A stretch of 64,000 nucleotides of DNA from Treponemataceae bacterium. GTDB taxonomy: Bacteria; Spirochaetota; Spirochaetia; Treponematales; Rectinemataceae. The notes under the pieces were generated by a model that saw nothing but the letters and a program-made list of their open reading frames with translations, did no database searches and was not told the DNA's origin. This document shows, piece by piece, positions 15,869 through 26,450 of the stretch. The translations under genes and the position numbers were made by a program. The stretch is from the NCBI GenBank assembly GCA_963677895.2, contig CAXXGJ010000025.1, positions 64,001-128,000 on the forward strand, in the 5' to 3' direction. Each line of letters starts with the position of its first letter. The first letter of the stretch is position 1.

Positions 15869-16807
15869 TTGCTGAAATATGTAATTTATCGTATCGGCAG
15901 CATGTTCGCGACACTCTTCATCATCATCACCATCACATTCTTCCTGATGCACGCCGTTCCCGGCGGCCCTTACGATTTCGAAGGCCAAGATCTCCAGGAG
16001 GAGGTCGTCGTCATCCTCCAGGAAAAATACCATCTCAACGACCCGATCCTGAAACAGTACTTGGATTACCTGAAAGGCGTGGTGACTTTCGATCTGGGAC
16101 CTTCTTTCTATTACTCCGGACGATCCGTCACCGAAGTGATAGCGCAAGGGTTCCCCGTCACGGCCAAACTCTCGCTGCTCTCTCTCCTGATAGTCTTCGT
16201 GATGAGCGTACCGATGGGCGTCACCGCGGCTATGCACAGGAACAAGGCGGCCGACCGCATCATCATGTTCGTGGCCACCCTTGGCCGCACTATCCCCGCC
16301 TTCGTGCTCGGGACTTTATTCATCTATTTCCTTTCCTATAAGCTCAGATTGTTTCCTATTTACGGGATAGGATCCTTCAGTCATTACATTCTTCCCGCCA
16401 TCGCGCTCTCGCTCTCTTCCATATCCCATCTCACCCGTCTCAACCGGGCATCGATGCTGGATGTCATCCACCAGGACTATATCCGCACGGCTTGGGCCAA
16501 GGGACTTCCCGAATACAAGATTGTGTATAAGCACGCGCTCAAGAACGCGTCGATCCCGATGGCCACCGTCCTGGGCGCCAGAATCGCCGCGCTGCTCACG
16601 GGCTCATTCGTGATCGAACAGATGTTCGCGATGCCCGGCATCGGTCGATATTTCGTCCAGGCAATAAACAACCGCGATTACCCGATGATCATGGGCGTGA
16701 CGATTTACTTCTCGCTGATTCTGCTTGTGTGCATGCTTTTAGTCGATATCGTCTATGGATGGCTCGATCCGAGGGCCGTCGTCTATGGCAAGCGAGGGGG
16801 GAAATAA
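15869..16807 (+). CDS. oppB: Oligopeptide ABC transporter permease
   Basis: TTG start after AGGAGG; PGGPY, DLGPSF, DYIRTAWAKGL (EAA loop), KHALKNA and NRDYP motifs. Confidence 0.92.
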   Translation: MLKYVIYRIGSMFATLFIIITITFFLMHAVPGGPYDFEGQDLQEEVVVILQEKYHLNDPILKQYLDYLKGVVTFDLGPSFYYSGRSVTEVIAQGFPVTAKLSLLSLLIVFVMSVPMGVTAAMHRNKAADRIIMFVATLGRTIPAFVLGTLFIYFLSYKLRLFPIYGIGSFSHYILPAIALSLSSISHLTRLNRASMLDVIHQDYIRTAWAKGLPEYKIVYKHALKNASIPMATVLGARIAALLTGSFVIEQMFAMPGIGRYFVQAINNRDYPMIMGVTIYFSLILLVCMLLVDIVYGWLDPRAVVYGKRGGK

Positions 16808-16808
16808 A

Positions 16809-17981
16809 ATGGCTGCATTGGATTTTGCCCCCGGCGACTGGCTGCCGGATGAAACACCCGCCGCCGACCGCGAAGGTCTGGACGTCAAGAAATCGCTCTC
16901 CTATTGGGAAGATGTATGGAGGCGTTTCAGGCAGAACAAAATGTCCCTTGTGGGACTAGTTCTCCTCGTCATCCTCATCCTGACCGCCGTCTTTGGCCCA
17001 TCGCTCACGAGGCTGTCGGATTCTGACCAGAACCTTGACTACATTCACATTCCGCCCGTCATGAACCTCTATTCCTTCGAAGAACGCTATTTTATCTATC
17101 TGTCGCCCGCCATGCAGCTCTATGAAGTCTCGGTCGACGGGAAAATGCTGGGACCAATCCAGCAGACCGAAGACGACATATTCTCGAAGCGCAGGATGTA
17201 CGATCTCCATGGCGAGACGATCCTTGTTGATTACCGGAAAAAACCGGTGACGCTCTCCGGCGAATCAGGCGCGAGACTGACCATCGGCAGGAAAAATGTA
17301 TGGAACAAGAAGTACTGGTTCGGAACTGACGCTGTCGGCAGAGACCTTTTTGTGCGCATCGTCTATGGAGCCCGAATTTCGATGATCATCGGCTTTGTCG
17401 CCTCCCTTATGAACCTGACGCTCGGCGTGCTCTACGGCGGGATTTCAGGATATATGGGCGGCATGATCGACAATACGATGATGCGCATCGTCGATATTCT
17501 CAAATCGATCCCCAGACTGCTCTACGTCATACTGCTTATGGTGGTTTTTGGCTCCGGCCTGCTGACCGTCGTGATAGTCATCGGTCTCGTGGATTGGCTT
17601 GGCATGGCGAGAATCGTGCGCGGCCAGGTGCTTTCCATCAAGCATCAGGAATATGTGCTGGCCGCCCGAGCCCTAGGCGCGAATTCGAAACGAATTCTTC
17701 TCAGGCATCTTATACCCAACGCCATGGGACCCATCATCGTTCAGACGACGATGAACATCCCGGCGGCCATTTTTACCGAGGCTTTCCTGAGTTTTGTGGG
17801 CCTCGGCGTCTCGGCTCCCCAGGCTTCCTGGGGAACGCTCGCGAACAACGCGCTCTCCGGCTTCATGAGCTATCCATATGAGATGTTTTTCCCTGCCATG
17901 GCCATTTGCCTCACTGTCCTGGCCTTTAATTTCGTAGGCGACGGCCTGCGCGACGCCATCGACCCGAGACTCAGAAACTGA
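16809..17981 (+). CDS. oppC: Oligopeptide ABC transporter permease
   Basis: WRRFRQNK, FGTDAVGRD, EYVLAARALGA and GDGLRDAIDPR motifs. Confidence 0.92.
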   Translation: MAALDFAPGDWLPDETPAADREGLDVKKSLSYWEDVWRRFRQNKMSLVGLVLLVILILTAVFGPSLTRLSDSDQNLDYIHIPPVMNLYSFEERYFIYLSPAMQLYEVSVDGKMLGPIQQTEDDIFSKRRMYDLHGETILVDYRKKPVTLSGESGARLTIGRKNVWNKKYWFGTDAVGRDLFVRIVYGARISMIIGFVASLMNLTLGVLYGGISGYMGGMIDNTMMRIVDILKSIPRLLYVILLMVVFGSGLLTVVIVIGLVDWLGMARIVRGQVLSIKHQEYVLAARALGANSKRILLRHLIPNAMGPIIVQTTMNIPAAIFTEAFLSFVGLGVSAPQASWGTLANNALSGFMSYPYEMFFPAMAICLTVLAFNFVGDGLRDAIDPRLRN

Positions 17982-17997
17982 TCGAAGGAAGGATGCG

Positions 17998-19056
17998 ATG
18001 AGCGATATTATTCTGGAAGTCAGTCATCTCAGGACCTCGTTTTTCACCCACTTGGGAGAAGTGCAGGCGGTAAGGGACGTGAGCTTCGACGTGAAACGCG
18101 GCGAGGCTTTGGGAATAGTTGGCGAATCGGGCTGCGGCAAGAGCGTGACTATGCTGTCGGTCATGAAGCTCGTGCAGGAGCCGGGGAAAATACTGGGCGG
18201 TGCCATTTCTTTCAAAGGCAAAGACCTCCTCGCCAAAAGCAAAGCGGAAATGCGTTCCATTCGCGGTAATGAAATTTCCATGATTTTCCAAGACCCCCTG
18301 ACTTCCCTCAATCCCGTCTTCAGCATAGGGAACCAACTCATGGAATCGATCCTCTCACACAATAGGATGCCAAGAAACGAAGCCAGGAAAAAAGCCGTGG
18401 ATCTCCTTAAGCTCGTCGAGATACCATCCCCCGAAGAAAGACTGCGCCAATATCCCTACGAGATGAGCGGAGGAATGCGGCAGCGCGTGATGATCGCCAT
18501 GGCTCTTGCGGGAGAACCCGACCTTCTTATCGCCGACGAGCCTACGACGGCCTTGGACGTCACGATCCAGGCACAGATACTCGGGCTTATGAAGGGGCTC
18601 ATGAGCCGCCTAAACACGGCCATCGTCATCATTACCCACGATCTGGGCGTCGTGGCCGACTTCTGCGAAAGGATTATCGTCATGTACGGCGGGCAAATCG
18701 TGGAATCGGGGAACAAACGCCAAATTTTCTACAATCCCCTGCATCCCTACACCGTCGGCCTTCTTGGCGCCGTGCCTGGTCCCGATATGCGCAAGGAAGA
18801 AGTACGGCTCGCCACGATACCGGGTTCCCCCCCCGACCTTGTCGAACCGCCTAAAGGCTGCCCTTTCTACAGCCGATGCCTGGTGGCCATGAAGGTCTGC
18901 GGCAAGCGCTGCCCTTCGATCGAAAGCGTCGGGGATGGGCAGGAAGTGCGCTGCTGGCACTACAGCAAGGATAATCCTGGGCAAATCCCGGCTGTCCTCC
19001 AGAACTCCGCTGTCCGGTTGCGGTCTGGCGGCCAAACTCAAGGTGGCGGCAGATGA
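17998..19056 (+). CDS. oppD: Oligopeptide ABC transporter ATP-binding protein
   Basis: [26 protein letters not shown] motifs; C-terminal GCPF..RC. Confidence 0.93.
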   Translation: MSDIILEVSHLRTSFFTHLGEVQAVRDVSFDVKRGEALGIVGESGCGKSVTMLSVMKLVQEPGKILGGAISFKGKDLLAKSKAEMRSIRGNEISMIFQDPLTSLNPVFSIGNQLMESILSHNRMPRNEARKKAVDLLKLVEIPSPEERLRQYPYEMSGGMRQRVMIAMALAGEPDLLIADEPTTALDVTIQAQILGLMKGLMSRLNTAIVIITHDLGVVADFCERIIVMYGGQIVESGNKRQIFYNPLHPYTVGLLGAVPGPDMRKEEVRLATIPGSPPDLVEPPKGCPFYSRCLVAMKVCGKRCPSIESVGDGQEVRCWHYSKDNPGQIPAVLQNSAVRLRSGGQTQGGGR

Positions 19057-20030
19057 ACGATACTCCACTCCTCGAAGTGCGGCATCTGAAGAAGTATTTC
19101 GAACAGCGATCATCCCTGTTCTCAAAACCGCGCTATCTCCATGCCGTGGACGATGTCAGTTTTTCGATCATGGAAGGGGAAACCCTCGGTATCGTGGGCG
19201 AATCGGGCTGCGGAAAATCCACGACCGGCTACACGATAGCGCGGCTTCACGATCCCACTGCCGGAGAGATTATCTTCAACGGAAAAGACATCGCCAGGCT
19301 GGACGAAAAAGCCCTGCATCCTGTGCGACGTGAGCTTCAGGTCATTTTCCAGGATCCCTTTTCCTCCCTCAACCCGCGCATGACCGTGTCGGAAATCGTG
19401 GCCGAACCCCTCGCCATCCATGCCGTCTGCGCCAAAGCCGAAGCAAGGGAAAAAGTCTACGATCTCCTGGATCTTGTCGGCCTGAAACATGAGCACGCGA
19501 GCAGGTATCCCCATGAATTCTCGGGCGGCCAACGTCAGCGCATCGGCATCGCCCGCGCCCTCGCGCTTCGCCCGAAGCTGATGATCTGCGACGAACCGAT
19601 CTCCGCGCTGGATGTATCCATCCAGGCGCAGATCGTCAATCTCCTCCAGGATCTGCAAAGCCGGTTCAGACTTACCTACATCTTCATCGCGCACAACCTG
19701 TCCATGGTCAAATATATTTCGGACAGGATCTGCGTCATGTATCTCGGGAAAATCGTAGAAATGGCGGGAAGCGCCGACCTTTACTCGAATGCCCTGCATC
19801 CATATACGCAGGCTCTACTGTCAGCCATCCCGATAGCCGATCCGGACCGTTCTGCGGCAAGACGGCGCATCATATTGGAAGGGGGCGTACCCAGCCCGAT
19901 CGATCCGCCTCCCGGATGCCGGTTCAGGGAACGCTGCCGCTACGCGATGCCGCGCTGCGAAAAGGAAGATCCAAATCTTGCAGAAATCGGCGACGGACAC
20001 TTTGTATCCTGCCATCTTCATTCAAGGTGA
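19053..20030 (+). CDS. oppF: Oligopeptide ABC transporter ATP-binding protein
   Basis: [26 protein letters not shown] and PPPGCRF motifs. Confidence 0.93.
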   Translation: MNDTPLLEVRHLKKYFEQRSSLFSKPRYLHAVDDVSFSIMEGETLGIVGESGCGKSTTGYTIARLHDPTAGEIIFNGKDIARLDEKALHPVRRELQVIFQDPFSSLNPRMTVSEIVAEPLAIHAVCAKAEAREKVYDLLDLVGLKHEHASRYPHEFSGGQRQRIGIARALALRPKLMICDEPISALDVSIQAQIVNLLQDLQSRFRLTYIFIAHNLSMVKYISDRICVMYLGKIVEMAGSADLYSNALHPYTQALLSAIPIADPDRSAARRRIILEGGVPSPIDPPPGCRFRERCRYAMPRCEKEDPNLAEIGDGHFVSCHLHSR

Positions 20031-20085
20031 ACCAGCGACCCGGCCTCGATGCCGGAGTCGGAACATTATAGCAAGGGGGCTATCG

Positions 20086-21714
20086 ATGAAACACTTCGCC
20101 AGTCACATCGCAAAGCTGATGATCGCTTTCACGATCATGGCGGCCTTTTCAATGCCACAGGAGGCGTTTGCCGCGCCCGCTTCAGGCAAGAAAATCTTCA
20201 CCTACTCGATTCACTACGATCCTCCAACCATCGATCCGCAGAAGAATTTCGCCCAACGCGCCGAGCTGATCGCACTCAATCTCCACGAAGGCCTCGTCAC
20301 CACCGACGAGACCATGACCCCCGTACCGGGGGTGGCCGAACGTTGGGAGATTTCCAAGGATGGCCTTGTCTATACCTTCTACCTGAGGAAAAACGCCAAA
20401 TGGCAGGACGGAAAAAGCGTCGTGGCCGACGATTTCTATTATGCGTGGCAGAGGGCGATTCAGCCCAAGACGGACAGCAAACACGTGAATCTGGTGTTCT
20501 TCATCAAGAACGCCGAGGAAATTTTCAAGGGCAAGAAACAACCATCCGAGCTTGGCGTAAAAGTAATCAACGACAATACGATCCAGGTGACCCTCTCCTC
20601 CCCGATCCCCTACATGCTCCAGACCTTCGCGCACGGCGTCTTCTTCCCCATGCGCAAAGACGTCGTCGAAGCCAATCCCGATTCCTGGGCGCAGAAGCCC
20701 TCCACAAGCATGGGAAACGGACCCTTCTATCTTAAAGAATACTCGATGAACCAGCGCATAATTCTCGCGAAGAACGAATATTACTGGAATAAAAACAAGG
20801 TAAAGGTCGATGAAATCCATTTCGTGACCATCCCCGACAACAGTACTACACTGGCGGCCTTCAACGCCGGGGAAATCGATGGCTTCGACAACATTCCGGC
20901 ATCGGAAATCCCCCGCCTCATGATGGAAACGGACGAGATCAAGGTCGAGCCCCAGGTACGCACCCTATATTACGCCTATAACGTAAAGGCCGAACCGTTC
21001 ACCGACAGAAGAGTCCGCCAAGCCCTGAGCCTCGCCATCAACAAGAAGGAACTGGCGGAGAATGTGATGAAAGTAGGCAGAAAGGGCGCCACAGGTTATG
21101 TGCCGACCGGACTCTATGCCGAAGGAGAGGATTTCCGCAAAGCGGGCGGAGACTTGGGTATCACCGTCACGGGCGATGTCCCAAAAGCCCGAAAACTCCT
21201 CGCCGAAGCAGGTTATCCTGAAGGTAAAGGATGGCCGGCCGACGTCAAGATTACCATGTCCTCGGGATATCGATCGGCGATGGAGGCCATCCAGGAAATG
21301 TGGAAGAAAAACCTCGGCATCAGCGTGAAGATCGAGACGGTCGAGAGCAAGGTACTAGCCGATCGCCGCACTACGGGAAAATTCCAGATCAGCGTAGGCG
21401 GATGGAGCGCCCAGATATTCCACCCAATTTACTTCCTCGAGCAGATCACCTCTGACGGCGGATCCAACTATCCACAATACAACAATCCCGAATACGATAA
21501 GCTCATCGAACAAAGCAAGATGGAGCCCGATCCCAAGAAAGTGCTCGAGATTCTCCATAAAGCCGAACAACTGGGCTTCGGCACGGATTTCGCACTCGTC
21601 CCGCTCTATTATGAAACCAACTATGTCATGATCAAAAACGGGGTAACCGGCTGGTACACCGATCCGATCGGCCGTGTCCATATCAAGTATGTCGACGTTT
21701 CGGGAAAAAAATGA
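20086..21714 (+). CDS. oppA: Oligopeptide ABC transporter substrate-binding protein
   Basis: Signal peptide ending in AFA; PGVAERWEISKDGLVYTFYLRKNAKW, GNGPF and VRQALSLAI motifs. Confidence 0.92.
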   Translation: MKHFASHIAKLMIAFTIMAAFSMPQEAFAAPASGKKIFTYSIHYDPPTIDPQKNFAQRAELIALNLHEGLVTTDETMTPVPGVAERWEISKDGLVYTFYLRKNAKWQDGKSVVADDFYYAWQRAIQPKTDSKHVNLVFFIKNAEEIFKGKKQPSELGVKVINDNTIQVTLSSPIPYMLQTFAHGVFFPMRKDVVEANPDSWAQKPSTSMGNGPFYLKEYSMNQRIILAKNEYYWNKNKVKVDEIHFVTIPDNSTTLAAFNAGEIDGFDNIPASEIPRLMMETDEIKVEPQVRTLYYAYNVKAEPFTDRRVRQALSLAINKKELAENVMKVGRKGATGYVPTGLYAEGEDFRKAGGDLGITVTGDVPKARKLLAEAGYPEGKGWPADVKITMSSGYRSAMEAIQEMWKKNLGISVKIETVESKVLADRRTTGKFQISVGGWSAQIFHPIYFLEQITSDGGSNYPQYNNPEYDKLIEQSKMEPDPKKVLEILHKAEQLGFGTDFALVPLYYETNYVMIKNGVTGWYTDPIGRVHIKYVDVSGKK

Positions 21715-21721
21715 GTGAATA

Positions 21722-21747
21722 CCGGGTCCCGCGGAAACGGGACCCGG
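21722..21747 (+). terminator. Stem-loop after oppA (stabiliser or weak terminator)
   Basis: ccgggtcccg-cggaaa-cgggacccgg; only a short U tract follows. Confidence 0.55.
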
Positions 21748-21784
21748 CTTCCGCTGAAAAACCGAAGGGAAAGGGGTAGGCAAG

Positions 21785-22729
21785 ATGGGCGACGAAACGC
21801 TGCTTCAGAGAATTCGCGGCCTCGACACGTTGACGAAGAGTGAATCCAAGATCGCATCACTTCTCGAGCGGGAGTATCGCTACCTCGCCTTCGAAACCAT
21901 CCAAACGCTGAGCGCGAAGGCGGGCGTCGGCATGGCTACGGTTGGCCGCTTCATAAACAGACTGGGCTACGATAGTTTTTCGACATTCATGGACGGCGTC
22001 AAGAAGGAGCTTTTTGCCCGTCTGGACACGCCCATCGAACAGTACGCTGTACGGAAAAAAGCCGGCGGCGAGATCGATGTCGATCCGCTGACTCGTCAGA
22101 TCGAATACAGCATCCGGAATCTGAAGGAAATGCAAGCCCGCATTTCGCGCGACGACATCGACAGGGCGGCGCGACTCATCGCTGAATCGAAGGGAACGCT
22201 TTACATCATGGGCGCCGCGACATCTCAAGGTCTGGCATACTTTTTTCACATGCTCGCCATGTACATAAAGGGAAGCGTGGTGCTTCTCGACGCCAATCCC
22301 TCATTGCTCGCGCACAGGCTCATCGATGTTTCGGAAAATGATCTACTGGTGGCCATAACCCACCATCGCTTTTCGGCCCAAACGATGGATGCCGCCCGAT
22401 GGTTCAACGGAAGGGGCGGAAATATCATCCTCGTCTCGGACCGCGAATTCACTCCTATTTCGGATATCGCCACGATACAGCTTGTAGCCTGTTCGGAGAG
22501 CCCCGCGATGTTCAACAGCCGATGCGGCACCCTTGTCATTCTGGAGACTCTCATCGCGGCGACAATTCCTCTCATGGAAAAACAGGTATACGAACGATTC
22601 GCCTCGTTCGAGGAGCTGAGGGCGCAGTTCGGAGCCTTCGCCTCGCCCGGAGTGGCGAAACCGAAGCCTGCGTCGAAGCACGAGGGCGCTGAAGATGTAT
22701 CCCGAACGGGAAGTCAGGAGAAATCATGA
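21785..22729 (+). CDS. MurR/RpiR family transcriptional regulator
   Basis: LTKSESKIA...AGVGMATVGRFINRLGYDSF HTH plus a SIS domain. Confidence 0.9.
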   Translation: MGDETLLQRIRGLDTLTKSESKIASLLEREYRYLAFETIQTLSAKAGVGMATVGRFINRLGYDSFSTFMDGVKKELFARLDTPIEQYAVRKKAGGEIDVDPLTRQIEYSIRNLKEMQARISRDDIDRAARLIAESKGTLYIMGAATSQGLAYFFHMLAMYIKGSVVLLDANPSLLAHRLIDVSENDLLVAITHHRFSAQTMDAARWFNGRGGNIILVSDREFTPISDIATIQLVACSESPAMFNSRCGTLVILETLIAATIPLMEKQVYERFASFEELRAQFGAFASPGVAKPKPASKHEGAEDVSRTGSQEKS

Positions 22730-23574
22730 GCCAACATCGTGAAAGCGGCGCCCATCCTCGTCCGGAAAGGACGGCGGCCGAGTTTCCCGAACTCAGAACG
22801 ATTGTTCTTAGCCATGGCCGGCTGAGTTATCGCGAATACGGCTCCGGCGAGCCGATAGTCTTTCTCCACGGCATGAATGGCGATTCGCGAAGCTGGGCTT
22901 ACCAATTCATGGAACTCTCCGGCAAATACAGGACCATAGCCTGGGACGCTCCCGGGTTCGGAGGTTCCGATGTCTGCGCTCCCACCTGCGCAGGCTATAC
23001 AGCGGCAGCCATGGAATTCATGGAAAAAATCGAAGCCTCCGGCGCGATCCTCGTCGGCCATTCCATGGGAGGCATAGTCGCCGCGCGCGTCGCCGCAGCC
23101 GAAGGCAATACGGTCAGAAAACTTGTCCTGAGCTGTACTCATCTGGGGTATGGACACGCTTCCGGGAGGGACCTTCTGCCGAGATACGCATCCAGGCTGG
23201 AAGAGATGAAAAATATGCCCAAAAATGAGTATGGCTGGATAAGGGCTTCCAAAATGGTTCCACCCGATACCCATCCCGATGTGCTGGGGCTTCTCGCGGA
23301 AATCAGCATGGAAGCGAGAGCCGAGGGACTCGCGGCAGCCGGGCGGATGATACAGGAAACCGATAATAGAGGCGTCGCCGCCTCGATATCGATTCCCGTG
23401 CTCATCCTCTATGCCGAACGCGACCCAGTCATCAACAGGGATACTACCATGAAACTGACAAGCGCTTTTCCCAAAGCCCAGGTGGCAATGATGCCCAGCG
23501 TAGGCCATGCCCCTTACGCGGAGGATCCCGTCGGCTACAATCGCATGCTCGACGAGTTCGCGAGCGCGCCATGA
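22726..23574 (+). CDS. Alpha/beta hydrolase
   Basis: FLHG, DAPGFGGS, GHSMGG nucleophile elbow, D and GHAP; ATGA overlap. Confidence 0.9.
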   Translation: MSQHRESGAHPRPERTAAEFPELRTIVLSHGRLSYREYGSGEPIVFLHGMNGDSRSWAYQFMELSGKYRTIAWDAPGFGGSDVCAPTCAGYTAAAMEFMEKIEASGAILVGHSMGGIVAARVAAAEGNTVRKLVLSCTHLGYGHASGRDLLPRYASRLEEMKNMPKNEYGWIRASKMVPPDTHPDVLGLLAEISMEARAEGLAAAGRMIQETDNRGVAASISIPVLILYAERDPVINRDTTMKLTSAFPKAQVAMMPSVGHAPYAEDPVGYNRMLDEFASAP

Positions 23575-24533
23575 GGAGGCTTTGGCTCATTATGTCCATA
23601 ATCAACATGGCGGTGTCCATACATGCGGCTCCGCAGTCCGGGCTCGAGACAGGAAGCGGCGAATACGACTATGCCGACCCTCCGACAGGCAAGACCGTAA
23701 GGATCTATTATTACAAACCTTCGGGATATACTCCCGACAGCCATGTTCTCATCGCCTTGCACGGCGATAATCGCACGGCTTTCGCCTATCGAATCGAATG
23801 GAAAGCCTATGCGGAGAAGCTTGGATGCATGCTTCTCGTTCCACATTTCAGCCCGGAGGAATTCCCCGGCGCCAACGGCTTTCAGTTCGGGAATGTCGTG
23901 CGGGATGGGACCGACGGGAACGCCGAAAGGCCCGCGACAAATCCAGAGGAACTCTGGGTGTTTTCGCTCATCGACAGATTGTTCGACGATTTCTCGATTC
24001 GGGAAATGACGAACCGGACGCGTTATACGATTTATGGGCACAGCGCCGGGGCGCAGTTTGTCCATCGCATGCTGCTTTTCCAGGGGAACTCACGGATCGA
24101 GTTGGCGATAGCGGCTAACGCTGGCTGGTATCTTTCGCCCGACGCGGCGATAGACTGGCCTTTCGGCTTGCGGGGACTCGACGCCATCGTGAAAAGCGAG
24201 AACATCGACAGATATCTTTCTTTCCCTCTCGTCTTGGCGTTGGGCGACGCAGATCTGCTGGACGATCACAAGCTCAATACAAGCGAAATGGCCATGCGCC
24301 AAGGACGAAACCGCTTCGAACGAGGCAATAATTATTTCGAAACCTGCCAGGAAATGGCCAGGAATCGCGAGATTCTGTTCGGCTGGAAGAGAATCATCGC
24401 GCCTGGCGTGGCGCACAGCAACGGGGGAATGGCCGGAGCGCTAGCCGATTATTACCCCGCGTTGTGGACGGCTATCGACGTGGTGAAGCCCGCTTTTCCG
24501 CCAACGGTAGGAAGATCTCTCACCGAACCCTGA
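23571..24533 (+). CDS. Exported alpha/beta hydrolase (possibly poly(aspartate) hydrolase-1-like)
   Basis: Signal peptide; ALHG, GHSAGAQFVHR, ANAGWY, QGRNRFERG and PGVAH motifs; ATGA overlap. Confidence 0.75.
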   Translation: MRRLWLIMSIINMAVSIHAAPQSGLETGSGEYDYADPPTGKTVRIYYYKPSGYTPDSHVLIALHGDNRTAFAYRIEWKAYAEKLGCMLLVPHFSPEEFPGANGFQFGNVVRDGTDGNAERPATNPEELWVFSLIDRLFDDFSIREMTNRTRYTIYGHSAGAQFVHRMLLFQGNSRIELAIAANAGWYLSPDAAIDWPFGLRGLDAIVKSENIDRYLSFPLVLALGDADLLDDHKLNTSEMAMRQGRNRFERGNNYFETCQEMARNREILFGWKRIIAPGVAHSNGGMAGALADYYPALWTAIDVVKPAFPPTVGRSLTEP

Positions 24534-25531
24534 AACCAATAGCAGGGTATCGCGACATCGGCGGCGCTGGCGTAATATCCGGACACATAGGTCGAACCAT
24601 CGTAGACGACGATTCCCGAAGCTCCCGACATATGCCCATCGACGCCAGGAAGGAATTCATGGGTGGAACCGATCCATACCGAGGCGGTGGGGATGGTTCC
24701 ATTCTTGAGATAGCCGGCCGCGTAGATGTTGCCGTCGGCTTTGTGAACGGAACTTGCCGAGCTGTCGGTCCCCGCGGACAGGTCGGTCCGAACCCCGTCG
24801 GTCCATACGCAGGCGGTCTTAACGGTTCCGTTTGTATGATACCCCGCCACATAGACATGCCCATCGGTCGTGCGGACAGAATAGGCTTTGGATTTTGTGG
24901 CGGTGACGGGGACGCTGAGGGCGGCTATCGAACCGTTGGTCCAAAGGCAGGCTTTCTCGTCGGTGGCGGCATAGAATCCGGCGACGCGGAGGGTGACGCC
25001 ATCGAAATCGATGGCAGCCGCCTTAGCGAACTCCGTTCCGGGAACGGCAAGCGTCGTGACCGCGCCGTTTTTCCAGTAGGCGGCCTTGAAACGGAGCGCC
25101 GTGTTGTCGTAATAATAGCCCGCGTGGTAGGTGTCGGAGCCGTAGATGAAAACCGCGGTGGCCCGTACGTCATCCGAGGCTACGGGAGCCGCGAGATCCG
25201 TCTTTACGCCATCCTTCCATCCGCAGGCGTAATAGATATTGGACCCGTCTTTATAGCTGCCCGCCACGTATACTGAATCCCCCGCAAAGTATATCGAGGC
25301 AGCTTCCGCGGCCAGGCCACCCGAGGGCAGATCATGCCGGGTCGCGCCTTCCCAATAGCAGGCCACGCTATCGGAAGTCCCGGTCCCGTAGTATCCGGAA
25401 ACGTAGACTTTCGTACCGCTCCCGAAAAGCCAATCGCAGCTTGTCATGGACAAGGCTCCCAGGATGACGATCACAAATCCTATACTGACGCTGACCGCGC
25501 GAAGACCCCGGAATGAAGAATGACGCTTCAT
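24452..25531 (-). CDS. Lipoprotein with seven VYVAGY...YWKNG-type repeats (probable beta-propeller)
   Basis: Lipobox LSMTSC; seven repeats of about 45 aa: VYVSGY/VYVAGS/TYHAGY/LRVAGF/VYVAGY/IYAAGY/TYVSGY, each followed by a W-x-x-G-type motif. Confidence 0.78.
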   Translation of the reverse strand: MKRHSSFRGLRAVSVSIGFVIVILGALSMTSCDWLFGSGTKVYVSGYYGTGTSDSVACYWEGATRHDLPSGGLAAEAASIYFAGDSVYVAGSYKDGSNIYYACGWKDGVKTDLAAPVASDDVRATAVFIYGSDTYHAGYYYDNTALRFKAAYWKNGAVTTLAVPGTEFAKAAAIDFDGVTLRVAGFYAATDEKACLWTNGSIAALSVPVTATKSKAYSVRTTDGHVYVAGYHTNGTVKTACVWTDGVRTDLSAGTDSSASSVHKADGNIYAAGYLKNGTIPTASVWIGSTHEFLPGVDGHMSGASGIVVYDGSTYVSGYYASAADVAIPCYWFQGSVRDLPTVGGKAGFTTSIAVHNAG

Positions 25532-25655
25532 CGGACGCTCCTTTCCGGACGACAAAGACCACCGGAATGCGAAAGGAATGGCATAGCCTCTATAGACATA
25601 CCTTCCAGGAGACGAGCCGGTTGCGGATTATTCGTATTACGCTGTTTTTTGGCGT

Positions 25656-26450
25656 TTATCGCAGGTTCTGGACAATGAAAGGATAAATCAGTTTGGCCAT
25701 CTCGAAATGTCCCTTGGTGTTGGGATGAATTCCGTCGCCGTCAGGGTAGCCATGATAGGCGACGAAATATTCCTTGTTGATCGCCTGCGTCCAGGGGTTG
25801 AACTTTTCCATGGGATATAAATCGAGGAGAGGCAGGGAGAAGCGGTCGGCAACCTTCGTAACCGCGTCTATGAATCCGACGTATTCTCCATCCTCGCCAT
25901 GACAGTACGAGCGCGGGGTGGACGTTATCACCCCTATGGGAACTCCGGGATATTTCTCCAGGAGTTTATTGTAAAAAGTATGCAAGGCTCCGTAAAACGT
26001 CGAGACTCCGGTATCGTCCGAATCGCCCAACGTGTTAGAGGCATCGTTGAGCGCTCCCATCACCGTAATGAAACTTACGCTCTCCGCGGCCGGATATGAA
26101 TTCAAGCTGTCGAGCCAGCTCTTGTCGGCGGCGGTGGGCTGCATATATCCCGTCCCGCCCGCCGCCCTGTTGTCTACCACGCAGCCAAGCCATCCGCTGA
26201 CATACTGCTCGTAGTTCGTCTCTATCAGGCCTTCCACCGATATGCTGTCGCCGATGACGAGCCAGGTCTTCCCCGCCAGTTCCTCGGCGCCAGGCAGCTG
26301 CCCCCCGAAAGTGTCATCGAATGCCGTGTTGTCGATGAAGACGCCTTCGGGGATACCATCATCTCTAGCCCAAAGAGAACAGGAGAAAACGGATGCCGTG
26401 AAGATAAAGACAGCGAACAAGAACAACTTACTTCGAATCTTTATTCCCAT
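25656..26450 (-). CDS. SGNH/GDSL hydrolase family lipoprotein
   Basis: VFSC lipobox; blocks GDSIS, GGTG, GALND and DGIHPN. Confidence 0.88.
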   Translation of the reverse strand: MGIKIRSKLFLFAVFIFTASVFSCSLWARDDGIPEGVFIDNTAFDDTFGGQLPGAEELAGKTWLVIGDSISVEGLIETNYEQYVSGWLGCVVDNRAAGGTGYMQPTAADKSWLDSLNSYPAAESVSFITVMGALNDASNTLGDSDDTGVSTFYGALHTFYNKLLEKYPGVPIGVITSTPRSYCHGEDGEYVGFIDAVTKVADRFSLPLLDLYPMEKFNPWTQAINKEYFVAYHGYPDGDGIHPNTKGHFEMAKLIYPFIVQNLR

